From assembly GCA_965221955.1 (NCBI GenBank), contig CBDCTA010000002.1, positions 32,001 through 96,000 on the forward strand: a stretch of 64,000 nt of DNA, given 5' to 3'. The notes under the pieces are model-generated. The model saw only the letters and a program-made list of their open reading frames with translations, was not told the origin of the DNA and did not search any database. Every line of letters begins with the position of its first letter. The first letter of the stretch is position 1. The position numbers were made by a program, and so were the translations under genes. The DNA comes from Gammaproteobacteria bacterium (GTDB lineage Bacteria > Pseudomonadota > Gammaproteobacteria > UBA4575). Shown in pieces: positions 49,087 to 58,758 of the stretch.

Positions 49087-50451
49087 ATGGATAATGAGCT
49101 GGCTAGCTTAGGTGTCATCTTCACAGAATTTTATTACTGGCTTACAGTAGTGATAATGTTTCTTATACATGTAGGTTTTTGCATGTATGAAGTTGCCGTT
49201 TCAAGGCACAAAAATCATATGCATACTTTAATGAAGAACACCATGGTAATCCCATTGGTGACAATCACTTTTTTCTTTTTTGGGTGGTGGATATATTTCG
49301 CATTTCCAAATGGCCCTGGAATTATTGGCGGATTAATTGATGCCCCACATGCAAAAGGATGGAGTCAATTAATGGGACCACATATGGGAGGAAGTGGTGA
49401 TCCTGATGGTTGGGCACGCATTAATGGAGTGTTTTGGGCAGCTTTTCTTTTGTTTTCGTGGACAGCAGCATCGATAGTATCCGGTTCGGTAATAGAAAGA
49501 ATACGTTCAAATGCATTCTGGTTACTTGCAGTATTAATTGGATCTGTATTTTGGATTATTGATGCCGCTTGGGGTTGGCATGCAGATGGTTGGATGGTAA
49601 AGCTGTTGGGCTATCACGACGCTTATGCATCTGGAGTTATCCATGCTATTGCAGGAGGTTTTGCATTAGGTATTTTATTTGTATTGGGGCCGCGAATTGG
49701 GAAGTTTAGAGAAGATGGCACGCCGCGGGTCATCCATCCACGAAATCCTTGGCTCTATACTATTGGTCTTTTTATTCTGTATACAGGATTTTGGGGCTTT
49801 TATGTGGCATGCAACATTCCAATGTGGGACATTCAAAGTGGTGATGGTGTATTTTATTCAGCAACTAATATTTATTTAGCACCCACAACACTTTCTGCTA
49901 TCACTGTTAATTTTTTAATGTCACTTTCGGGTGGCTTATTGATGGGATACATTGTTTCTAAAGGCGATGCATATTGGACATATTCTGCTGGCCTGGCTGG
50001 AATTATTGCAGCGTCTGCAGGAAATGATTTATATCACCCAATACAAGCACTACTAGTTTCAGCTGCTGGTGTCTTCGTTATCTATAAATTACATTACTGG
50101 GTTGAAAGTAAATTTAAAATTGATGATGCAGTAGGTGCAGTAGCAGTTCATGGCTATGCAGGGTTCTATGGAGTGGTGATTGCAGGATTTATTTTATGGG
50201 GATATCCATCATCCCCAAATCCTGAATATGCGAGTGTTAACCCCCTAGGTCAATTTATAGGAGCACTAATAATGTTTGGACTCCTTGGGTTTCTACCTGG
50301 TTGGATATTTGCCAAAATTTTAAATACGTTTGGAGTCTTACGAATTCCTAGAGAGATTGAGTTAATTGGACTTGATACTGCCGAGAATATTCAACGTTTG
50401 AAGGATGAGCAAGAAATTCTAAAAGCTGAACATGAAGCGATAAACAAATAA
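49087..50451 (+). CDS. Ammonium/methylammonium transporter, atypical Amt family
   Basis: GFCMYE, SIVSGSVIER, HDAYASGVIH, LGPRIGKF, IDDAVGAVAVHG; GGAGG RBS. Confidence 0.9.
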   Translation: MDNELASLGVIFTEFYYWLTVVIMFLIHVGFCMYEVAVSRHKNHMHTLMKNTMVIPLVTITFFFFGWWIYFAFPNGPGIIGGLIDAPHAKGWSQLMGPHMGGSGDPDGWARINGVFWAAFLLFSWTAASIVSGSVIERIRSNAFWLLAVLIGSVFWIIDAAWGWHADGWMVKLLGYHDAYASGVIHAIAGGFALGILFVLGPRIGKFREDGTPRVIHPRNPWLYTIGLFILYTGFWGFYVACNIPMWDIQSGDGVFYSATNIYLAPTTLSAITVNFLMSLSGGLLMGYIVSKGDAYWTYSAGLAGIIAASAGNDLYHPIQALLVSAAGVFVIYKLHYWVESKFKIDDAVGAVAVHGYAGFYGVVIAGFILWGYPSSPNPEYASVNPLGQFIGALIMFGLLGFLPGWIFAKILNTFGVLRIPREIELIGLDTAENIQRLKDEQEILKAEHEAINK

Positions 50452-50487
50452 AGTTTTATAATAGATAAAAATCAATAAGGAGACTTT

Positions 50488-50721
50488 ATGTCTACGGGTA
50501 ATTTTGAAAATTGGGCGGGTGAGATCAGTGAAATCGGTGCAATTTATCCATTTGTAGGTTCAGAATTCATTCTTTGGCTTATAGGAATTGGTTTATGGAT
50601 AGTTTGGCATGTTGTTCAATATCGAACTGAAAATAGACAATATGAAGATCAGCACAAAAAGCTTGGCAGCCCGGATACAATAAAACAGCTTCTTGATGTA
50701 GAGAATCCGGAGCAATTCTAG
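50488..50721 (+). CDS. Small single-TM protein downstream of the Amt
   Basis: W.G.....GAIYPFVGSE...W.VWH; RBS AGGAG. Confidence 0.8.
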   Translation: MSTGNFENWAGEISEIGAIYPFVGSEFILWLIGIGLWIVWHVVQYRTENRQYEDQHKKLGSPDTIKQLLDVENPEQF

Positions 50722-51398
50722 CTACATAATTTTTAATATATTATCTATTCTACTCGTAGTGTATGGTCTAAGTATGTCTTGGATTTCAGCTGCAGTGGTA
50801 TTAATTAAATCTATCGAAATGTCACCATGTCCTTGTAATATAAACAGACAATCATTTGTGTCTGTTGTAGTTTTGGTTTTATCGCATTGTCGACAATCAA
50901 GTCTGCACAGAATTTCGTTATCATCGTCGATGTAACAATATTCACCTTTATTAATACTGTTGTGGTTTATTTCTTCCCTAAGGGGATGAATTGTTCGTCA
51001 CCGTTTGTAAAACAAAGTCTCACATTTCCACTGATATGCTTTATATCATGAGCACCGATAGAGATTCTGTTCTTAATTGCAACGTAATTATAAATATCTA
51101 CTAGAAAATTAATGGGTCTCAAAGATTTATGTTTATATAGAATCCTTATTAAACTTTCTGGTGAAGCTAATAATGTTTTATCAGTAATACCAATAGTTTC
51201 ATGTAACTTTCTATATCCTGATATTTTCGGATCACATTCTAAGTTTTCAAGTGTATGATCGTATAATAATTGTGCGTAGAAGCTTTCAATCTTGTTCCGT
51301 ATGTTTTCATCGTGAGTATCGTTTTCAATTCCATGGATTAGTAGAAATGCAACCTTTATCCCTAATGCAGAAACATCATCACATATTTTAAAATTCAT
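50722..51398 (-). CDS. Stand-alone B3/B4 (PheRS editing-like) domain protein; frameshift near 50965
   Basis: SPESL, PINFLVDIYN, IGAHD, FIPLG, continuing in another frame as GEYCYIDDDNEILCRLDCRQCDKT to a stop at 50722. Confidence 0.8.
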
Positions 51399-51424
51399 AG
51401 AATAAATACGTGTTTAAGTTAAGC

Positions 51425-52081
51425 CTAAATTGGGAACATATTTAATAGAGTAGTTGATGAATAAAGCATTTTCATTCCTACTAAAATGGCTAGAGCACCT
51501 GTAAAAACTTTAAAATATTTAAAAGGTATAAATTTAATTTTACGATGCAAAGGCATCGTCATAAGAATAGAAAGGAAAGACATGCAGATAATCAAGCCAA
51601 TACTAAATAAAACAATATAAGTAAACTTTAAATAAATTGAATCAATCGTTGTGGTAAGAAGCGCAACTATTAAACCAGAACCTGCTGCGCCGTGTAATAA
51701 ACCAATACTTAGAGACTTTAAGGTGAGCCGCGTTTTATTGTTATCTTCTATAACCGTGTTTGTCGAATATTTATTTTCTTTTGTAGAAAAAAGGATTTTG
51801 GCTTTTTTAATCACATCGATTCCCATCCAGACAAGTACAGCACCTACTAAAAGCTCAAAAAAGACGAAGACACTTTTATCAATTTCAATCTGTAAACCCA
51901 TCAAAATCATACTGAAGAGTAATAATGTAATTGTATGACCAATTCCCCATATGGCGCCTTGCTTAGCAGTGGCAGATACCGAATTAGATTCTGTAGAAAC
52001 CATTAATACAGCTGCAATATGATCTGGTTCGAAGGCATGACGGATGCCTAAGGTAATGGCTAAGAGTAGTAAGACAGTCAT
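51425..52081 (-). CDS. UreH/NiCoT-like nickel transporter
   Basis: GIRHAFEPDH, WGIGHT, GLLHGAAGSG. Confidence 0.85.
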   Translation of the reverse strand: MTVLLLLAITLGIRHAFEPDHIAAVLMVSTESNSVSATAKQGAIWGIGHTITLLLFSMILMGLQIEIDKSVFVFFELLVGAVLVWMGIDVIKKAKILFSTKENKYSTNTVIEDNNKTRLTLKSLSIGLLHGAAGSGLIVALLTTTIDSIYLKFTYIVLFSIGLIICMSFLSILMTMPLHRKIKFIPFKYFKVFTGALAILVGMKMLYSSTTLLNMFPI

Positions 52082-52088
52082 ATGCTTT

Positions 52089-52898
52089 TTATTTTTTTCT
52101 AATATTGGGTTTGATTCCAACCAATGATTCTCTAATGATCAGCCATGCTTGAAGCATTGTTTTCTTAATTGCATCACCATCAGTTGCTAAAAATTTAATT
52201 ATAATCCCGCAATTATTCGGAAATTCAGAAACACCCCCATAAATTTCTGGATTGGTGCTAATGTATTTTTGCAGTGGTTCAAACAATTCATTATAAGTGC
52301 CTGACCGATTTACAATAGAGATCGTACCCATGCCAATATAATGTTGATTTGCTTGCAAAAAGTTTTTTGGATTAATTAAATAAACATCTTTTGCCAATAA
52401 TTTGTTATTTTCAGAATAAATTTGTAAATAGCTATTTAATTTGTTGAATAAATGATCTTTACCTTTAAGGAAATGAAGTAAGAACGCATCAGAAACGACT
52501 GCGGTACTTGTTTCATCTGCATATACATTAATCGTCGAGCTTAAAGTAGATTTTGGGAATAGAATCAAAGGGTCTGACACGTATTCCGTGTAAGCATAAT
52601 CTTTTGCATTTACATTTACAGTTTGATGAGCAATGCCATTTGTCATTCCATGAACGATGGTTGAAGCCTGTGTTGTTACATGGCTAAATGAATTGGGGTT
52701 TGCTACAACATTCGTAGTTAGATTTTCATTTTCATAGATTCCTCCAGATGCAGATTGAATATAAATATTAGCCATTCCAGGTGGATCATTTTCAAAGTAT
52801 TGCGTTCTGCAAACATGAAAAGGGTAGGAGGCAAATTGATTCTCAAGATAGGTTTTACCATCTACACTCTTGGAGAATTCAAGTGATAAATTACTCAT
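52089..52898 (-). CDS. ureD: Urease accessory protein UreD
   Basis: YPFHV, QSASGGI, HVTTQASTIV, DPLILF. Confidence 0.9.
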   Translation of the reverse strand: MSNLSLEFSKSVDGKTYLENQFASYPFHVCRTQYFENDPPGMANIYIQSASGGIYENENLTTNVVANPNSFSHVTTQASTIVHGMTNGIAHQTVNVNAKDYAYTEYVSDPLILFPKSTLSSTINVYADETSTAVVSDAFLLHFLKGKDHLFNKLNSYLQIYSENNKLLAKDVYLINPKNFLQANQHYIGMGTISIVNRSGTYNELFEPLQKYISTNPEIYGGVSEFPNNCGIIIKFLATDGDAIKKTMLQAWLIIRESLVGIKPNIRKK

Positions 52899-52922
52899 TC
52901 TTATTTTTTTGTATGTTATAAG

Positions 52923-53549
52923 TTACTTGAACAATACGTTTTCAATAATATGTTCAGCGACCTCTTTAATCCCATCACCCGTTTTACAATTGGTTAGTAC
53001 CAAAGGTTTATTGCCTCTTACTTGTTGACCTTCTTTAACCATTAAGTCCACATCTGCACCGACATATTTAGCGATATCTATTTTATTAATCACTAGCAAA
53101 TCAGATTGCACAATCCCTGGGCCTCTTTTACGTGGAATGTCATCACCTTCCGAGGTGTCAATAACAAACATCCAATAGTCAACAAGATCTAATGAAAATG
53201 TTGATGCAAGATTATCTCCACCACTTTCTATTAAAATTAAATCAAGGTCTGCAAATTCTTGATCCAAGCGGTCGGCGGCTTGAATATTTAAAGTTGGATC
53301 TTCACGGATAACCGTATGAGGGCATGCGCCTGCTTCTACTGCAACGACACGTTCAGGTGCAAGCAAACCGGATTGCTGCAACCGTTTAGCATCTTCTCTA
53401 GTTACTAAATCATTGGTAACAATTGCAAGCTCATTTCCTCTTTCTTTAAAATATGGAATTAACTGCTCAATTAAAGCCGTTTTGCCTGAACCAACAGGTC
53501 CGCCAATACCTACTCGTGCAGGCCCGTTTGTTTTTGGTACTGCGTTCAT
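52923..53549 (-). CDS. ureG: Urease accessory GTPase UreG
   Basis: [26 protein letters not shown]. Confidence 0.96.
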   Translation of the reverse strand: MNAVPKTNGPARVGIGGPVGSGKTALIEQLIPYFKERGNELAIVTNDLVTREDAKRLQQSGLLAPERVVAVEAGACPHTVIREDPTLNIQAADRLDQEFADLDLILIESGGDNLASTFSLDLVDYWMFVIDTSEGDDIPRKRGPGIVQSDLLVINKIDIAKYVGADVDLMVKEGQQVRGNKPLVLTNCKTGDGIKEVAEHIIENVLFK

Positions 53550-55258
53550 CGGAGCATGTAACGTTGTGTGAGTGGAAGCGTTTTAGCAGGCTCACAAGTT
53601 GCTAACTCACCATCTACAAATACATCAAAGGTTTCAGGATTAACGGTTACCTTAGGACAACAATCATTATGTAGCATATGGCTTTTATTCAGTTTGCGTG
53701 TACCGTGTGCAGGTAAATTCACTTTTTGAAGTTGTAATTTTTCTCCAATATTTGCATCAACTGCTGATTGGTTAACAAAATTTGCACTTAAATGCTGTTT
53801 GGCGTTTCCAAAAGCGCCCCATTGAGGTCGCATTGCAAGTGGTTCGCATGTCATTAATGATGCCGCACTGTCTCCCATTGCTGACCAAACAATAAATCCG
53901 CCTTTAATGATCAATTCTGGTTTAATACCAAAAAACTCCGGCCTCCATAAAACGACATCACCGATTTTTCCTTTCTCTAACGAACCGATATAGTCATCAA
54001 TGCCAAAAGTACGTGCAGCATTAATCGTATACTTTGCGATAAATCGCTTAATTCGTTCATTGTCACCACGTTTGGTAGTTTCTTCCGCAAGTCTTCCACG
54101 TTGGTCTTTCATTTTGCTTGCAAGTTGCCATGTTCGACAAATGACTTCATTAATACGACCCATGCCTTGGCTATCGGATCCCAACATTGAGATTGCACCA
54201 AGATCATGCATTACATCTTCTGCGGCAATGGTTTGTGCACGAATTCGACTTTCTGCAAAGGCAACATCTTCAGGAATAGCAGGATTTAAATGATGACACA
54301 CCATGGTCATATCTAAATGTTCGTCAAACGTGTTAACGGTATATGGATTTGTAGGATTGGTAGAAGAGGGGAGACAATTATATTCGCCTGCTACACGAAT
54401 AATATCGGGAGCATGTCCACCACCTGCACCTTCAGTGTGATACATATGTATGGTTCGACCATTAATGGCAGCTAAAGTGTTTTCCACAAAACCACTTTCA
54501 TTCAATGTATCAGTATGAAGTTGTACTTGATAATCTAAATCATCGGCAACGGATAGGCAGGTATCGATGACCGCAGGCATTGCGCCCCAGTCCTCATGAA
54601 TTTTAAGTCCTATGCAGCCTCCCGCGAGTTGGTCAATGATAGATCGAGGTTTGGATGTATTGCCGCGCCCTAAAAATCCAAAATTAATGGGCCATTGTTC
54701 CGAGGCCTGTAACATCTTGCCTACATTCCAAGCACCGCCACAATCAATACCAACTGTGATGGGACCAAGTGATCCACCAATCATAGTAGTGATGCCCGAA
54801 CTTAATGCGTGTTCGCATAACTGAGCACTATCAAAGTGAACGTGTACATCAATTCCTCCAGGAGTAGCAATTAATCCTTCGGCATCGCGAACCGTTGTTG
54901 CAGCTGCGCAAACTAACTCAGGATGAACGTTGTCCATCGTGGCTGGGTTACCAGCTTTACCTACGCCAACAATTTTTCCTTCTTTAATTCCAATGTCTGC
55001 TTTGACAATCCCTAAAACAGGGTCAATTACTAATGCATTACTAACCAACATATCGAGTGACCCTGCTGCACTGTCATAACCTGGTGTTAAACCTAAGCCG
55101 TCACGTAAAGTTTTGCCGCCACCGTGTAAGCATTCATCTCCAGGCACTGCATAGTCATGTTCTACTTCCGCGAGTAATGATGTATCTCCTAATCGAACAG
55201 CATCTCCCTTTGTAGGTCCATACATTACGGCATATTCTTTTCTAGAAATCTTAATCAT
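53546..55258 (-). CDS. ureC: Urease alpha subunit, divergent paralogue
   Basis: Ni ligands [32 protein letters not shown] flap, SDSQGMGR. Confidence 0.93.
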   Translation of the reverse strand: MIKISRKEYAVMYGPTKGDAVRLGDTSLLAEVEHDYAVPGDECLHGGGKTLRDGLGLTPGYDSAAGSLDMLVSNALVIDPVLGIVKADIGIKEGKIVGVGKAGNPATMDNVHPELVCAAATTVRDAEGLIATPGGIDVHVHFDSAQLCEHALSSGITTMIGGSLGPITVGIDCGGAWNVGKMLQASEQWPINFGFLGRGNTSKPRSIIDQLAGGCIGLKIHEDWGAMPAVIDTCLSVADDLDYQVQLHTDTLNESGFVENTLAAINGRTIHMYHTEGAGGGHAPDIIRVAGEYNCLPSSTNPTNPYTVNTFDEHLDMTMVCHHLNPAIPEDVAFAESRIRAQTIAAEDVMHDLGAISMLGSDSQGMGRINEVICRTWQLASKMKDQRGRLAEETTKRGDNERIKRFIAKYTINAARTFGIDDYIGSLEKGKIGDVVLWRPEFFGIKPELIIKGGFIVWSAMGDSAASLMTCEPLAMRPQWGAFGNAKQHLSANFVNQSAVDANIGEKLQLQKVNLPAHGTRKLNKSHMLHNDCCPKVTVNPETFDVFVDGELATCEPAKTLPLTQRYMLR

Positions 55259-55260
55259 GG

Positions 55261-55959
55261 TTATGCCCCTTTAAATCCGCGAGTTTTGGCTAAATGTAAA
55301 GCTTCTTGTTTTTTCACTTCACTCGATGTTGAACCATTAGTTAAGCTGTTTAATCCGTAAATTTCTCCAGCGCCTCCAAAATCAACCAATGCGACTTCTT
55401 TGCTTTCTCCTGGTTCAAATCTAACCGCCGTTCCAGCAGGAATATCTAAATGCTTTCCAAATGCATCTTCACGTTTGAAATCTAATCCAGGGTTCACTTC
55501 AAAAAAGTGGAAATGACTTCCTATTTGTACAGGGCGGTCACCTGTATTTAATACTTTCACTTTAATTGATTTTTTACCTTCATTAATTTTTACATCACCT
55601 TCACCAGGTATAATCTCTCCTGGGATAACATCATCCTTTTTAGATTTTTTCTTGCCTGCACGTATAGGTTCATGCACAGTCACCAACTTTGTTCCATCTG
55701 GGAAAGTTGCTTCAACTTGAAGCATATGCATCATATCGCCTACACCTGGCATGACGTCATCCGTGCTGAGTAAGGTTGAACCATAACTAATCAATTCTGC
55801 TACAGAACGTCCTTCACGTGCGCCTTCTAATATTTCATCTGCGATGATAGCTGTAGCTTCAGGATGATTTAGTGCTAAGCCTTTTGCTTTTCGTTTTCTG
55901 GCTAGCTCTGCGGCAGTGTAAATTGTTAATCGTTCTAATTCAGTTGGTGTTAACAGCAT
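55261..55959 (-). CDS. ureAB: Fused urease gamma/beta subunit
   Basis: [24 protein letters not shown] fused to [34 protein letters not shown]. Confidence 0.95.
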   Translation of the reverse strand: MLLTPTELERLTIYTAAELARKRKAKGLALNHPEATAIIADEILEGAREGRSVAELISYGSTLLSTDDVMPGVGDMMHMLQVEATFPDGTKLVTVHEPIRAGKKKSKKDDVIPGEIIPGEGDVKINEGKKSIKVKVLNTGDRPVQIGSHFHFFEVNPGLDFKREDAFGKHLDIPAGTAVRFEPGESKEVALVDFGGAGEIYGLNSLTNGSTSSEVKKQEALHLAKTRGFKGA

Positions 55960-55980
55960 GGTTTTCCTCCGAATTCATTC

Positions 55981-56661
55981 TCAATTAGCAAACAATCTAG
56001 AATCTGCATGTTCATGACGCATCGATGCAATGTCAGCGAACGGTGTAAAAGCATGTATCTCTTCAATTGCAGGAATGGGCCATTGTGTAATTTCTAGTAT
56101 CAGCGATCGAAATGTAGTTAAACTATTTTGGCAATCAATATGTCCAATTAAACCAAGTCGTAAAGCAGCGCCTAAAACTGAAACACAAAAGTTATAAGCG
56201 GACAGGATCAAAATAGATTTTTTAGATAAGCCAAGAGAACTCCAAATCAAACCTTGTGATATGGACAAATGTCCAAGTGCATTATTTTTGTAAATAAGGC
56301 TTAGGTATTTCTGTGCGGCTGCGTTGTCTAATTTACTATATGTAGTTAGTAAGGCATTCCCTAATCTTTTTGAACCTTCTCGTAATTCACTCGCAAGCGT
56401 CATGCATTCAATCAGACGATCCATTTCAATTACTTTTTCTAAATCATTACCATTTTCAATGGTGTGTGCTAAAACGACTCGTTCAAACGGACCCCATCTT
56501 TCTACGAGTTGATTTTCAATGAAATCATTTACGCCCGTAATAGAAGTAACAATTTCATCTTCTTTTAACATTTCCAAACCCCAAGAAAATGACACAGCAC
56601 CTGATGGGAAAAAGCTGTCCCCATGCTGCAAAAGCGTGAGTAATTGTTCTTCTTCAGTCAT
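55981..56661 (-). CDS. ureF: Urease accessory protein UreF
   Basis: GDSFFPSGAVSFSWGLE, C-terminal RHE...RLFAN. Confidence 0.92.
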   Translation of the reverse strand: MTEEEQLLTLLQHGDSFFPSGAVSFSWGLEMLKEDEIVTSITGVNDFIENQLVERWGPFERVVLAHTIENGNDLEKVIEMDRLIECMTLASELREGSKRLGNALLTTYSKLDNAAAQKYLSLIYKNNALGHLSISQGLIWSSLGLSKKSILILSAYNFCVSVLGAALRLGLIGHIDCQNSLTTFRSLILEITQWPIPAIEEIHAFTPFADIASMRHEHADSRLFAN

Positions 56662-57103
56662 GGTCTGCAATAGTAATTTTATTTTGGTCAAAGAAATCTT
56701 TTAATCGATCAAGATAAATTTCTTTTGGGCTATCTAATGCAATATCAAGATGTTTGTTTTCAAATTTAACACGCCAGTGCATATTGCCAGCGAAATAGCC
56801 AAGTTCGATTGCAGTTGAAATATCTTTAGGCTGTAGTGATAACCATTGATCTTCAGCCATTTTTACAACAATAGCGCGATCAGTTTCTAATAATAATACT
56901 GCGCCATTTGATAATTTATTTTCGCGTGAAATAACTACAGCACAATCTGTACCTTGATCCGTTTGAGCGCGGAAACGTCTACGCTGTAAATTAGCGTGAT
57001 CTAAAACAATATATTCGACTTTATTTTGATGTGATAAATCGTGAAGTTGACCTGATAGATTCGAATCATGTGAATGACCAAGGACTTGATTAAGTTGAAT
57101 CAT
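56654..57103 (-). CDS. ureE: Urease accessory protein UreE
   Basis: RRRFRAQTDQG, L.NGAVL, LGYFAGNMHW. Confidence 0.88.
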   Translation of the reverse strand: MIQLNQVLGHSHDSNLSGQLHDLSHQNKVEYIVLDHANLQRRRFRAQTDQGTDCAVVISRENKLSNGAVLLLETDRAIVVKMAEDQWLSLQPKDISTAIELGYFAGNMHWRVKFENKHLDIALDSPKEIYLDRLKDFFDQNKITIADHD

Positions 57104-57422
57104 TTTTGTTTTTTATACTATCCAATATTAAGGCTGAGCAATTAATACTGATGATTAATTAACCATGATTTAATAGCGGTATTACTAGCTTTATCAAACT
57201 ACGTGTAGCTAATATACCTATTATTAAAAATTAATTCATAGTAAAATAAGTTTATTGATAGAAACTATAATATTTTTTAATAATTTGAGTTGTTATAGAT
57301 TGATTTGGATAAAAAACGATCAAATTATGATCTTCCTGAGAAGTTATTTAACTTCAAAAATTTGAAAATGTAAGTGTTACTTAAACAATAAAATATAAAT
57401 ATAAGGAAGGGGCCTGATTCAA

Positions 57423-57824
57423 ATGAGTAAAAACATTAAAGAACTAACAGAACGTTTTTATGAGCTCGTAAATAATGGTGGAGAATTATCGGAAGTGTTA
57501 TCTGATGACTTTATATTTGGGATTATGCCTGGTTTTCCTTATGGTGGAGATCAAAATGGATTGCAAGCATCGTTAGAATTTTTTGATAAGCTAGGTGGCC
57601 ACTTTGAGTTTTGGGAAGTAGTCCCACTAAAATATATAGAAGTGGATGACAGTAACATTGTTGTACAAGCATTATATCGAACCAAAGCGACTGAATCAGG
57701 CCAAGATGTTGAACTAGAAACGGTCCATCTTTGGACATCAAAAGATGGAAAGTTAAATACTTATAAACATTACTGTGATACAGCGTTGTTATGTTCAGCG
57801 CTTGGGCATTCAATACCTCATTAA
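57423..57824 (+). CDS. SnoaL/NTF2-like protein
   Basis: GFPYGG, VHLWT.KDGK, HYCDTA. Confidence 0.8.
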   Translation: MSKNIKELTERFYELVNNGGELSEVLSDDFIFGIMPGFPYGGDQNGLQASLEFFDKLGGHFEFWEVVPLKYIEVDDSNIVVQALYRTKATESGQDVELETVHLWTSKDGKLNTYKHYCDTALLCSALGHSIPH

Positions 57825-57849
57825 TTATTTTGTATTTAAGGAAAAATTT

Positions 57850-58758
57850 ATGTGCGGCATAGCAGGCATCATGCTTAAGGACTCATCAGACTATAAAACC
57901 GGTGAGGCTTTAGTGAGTATGTTAAATGGTTGTCAACATCGTGGCCCAGATTCTACGGGCTTTGCTTTATATGGTAGCTCACAAGAAAACACATTGAAAT
58001 TAAGACTATTAGTGGGTCAAGGTGAAATTGGAATAGCAGCAATTACTCGAATTAAACAGTTATTGAAAGAAAATGATGCATCGATAATTGAGGATGAACA
58101 TATTGGAGAAACCTATCGTGCAACGATCAATTACTCTGGCGATATTCAAAAATTTTCCTATGCACTAGAGAATGCAGCAAAAGTTGTTTCAATAGGAAAT
58201 AGTTTAGACATTATTAAAGATGTAGGAAGTGCGGAAGATGTAGATGCTAGTTATGACATCCGAAAATATAAAGGTTCCCATGGTTTGGGGCATGTACGAC
58301 TAGCAACGGAATCTGACGTTAAGCCAGAAGCTGCACATCCTTTTTGGGCCACTGGATTTGCAGATGTTGCTATCGTACACAATGGACAAATCACAAATTA
58401 CTGGAAAATGCGTCGTAGATTAGAACAGCGCGATTATGAATTTCGTACTGATAACGATAGCGAGCTTATTGCAGTTTATCTTGCAGATAAATTATCACAA
58501 GGAATTAAGTTAAAAGATGCACTTAAAACATCAATTGAAGATCTTGACGGAACATTTTCATTTTTAGTTTCTACCAAAGATGAAATTGGATATGCAAAAG
58601 ACCACTTAGCCGTAAAACCTATGGTGATGTATGAAACTGAAGACATGGTGGCGATTGCTTCCGAAGAGGTTTCGCTGAATAAACTATTTCCAGGGCAGGC
58701 CCTTAATACAAAAGAACCACCACCAGGAACCTATAACACATGGTCACGATCGATCTAG
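57850..58758 (+). CDS. Class II glutamine amidotransferase, GlxB/MgsA-like
   Basis: True start MCGIAG (Ntn Cys1), RGPDSTG, HVRLATES, AHPF, VHNGQITNY, TDNDSE. Confidence 0.9.
   Translation: MCGIAGIMLKDSSDYKTGEALVSMLNGCQHRGPDSTGFALYGSSQENTLKLRLLVGQGEIGIAAITRIKQLLKENDASIIEDEHIGETYRATINYSGDIQKFSYALENAAKVVSIGNSLDIIKDVGSAEDVDASYDIRKYKGSHGLGHVRLATESDVKPEAAHPFWATGFADVAIVHNGQITNYWKMRRRLEQRDYEFRTDNDSELIAVYLADKLSQGIKLKDALKTSIEDLDGTFSFLVSTKDEIGYAKDHLAVKPMVMYETEDMVAIASEEVSLNKLFPGQALNTKEPPPGTYNTWSRSI

Noticed and set aside
57104-57422. Guanidine or other riboswitch, or sigma54 promoter, between ureE and the SnoaL gene
   Set aside because: Very AT-rich; no GC-rich ACG-loop hairpins or good GG-N10-GC match seen.
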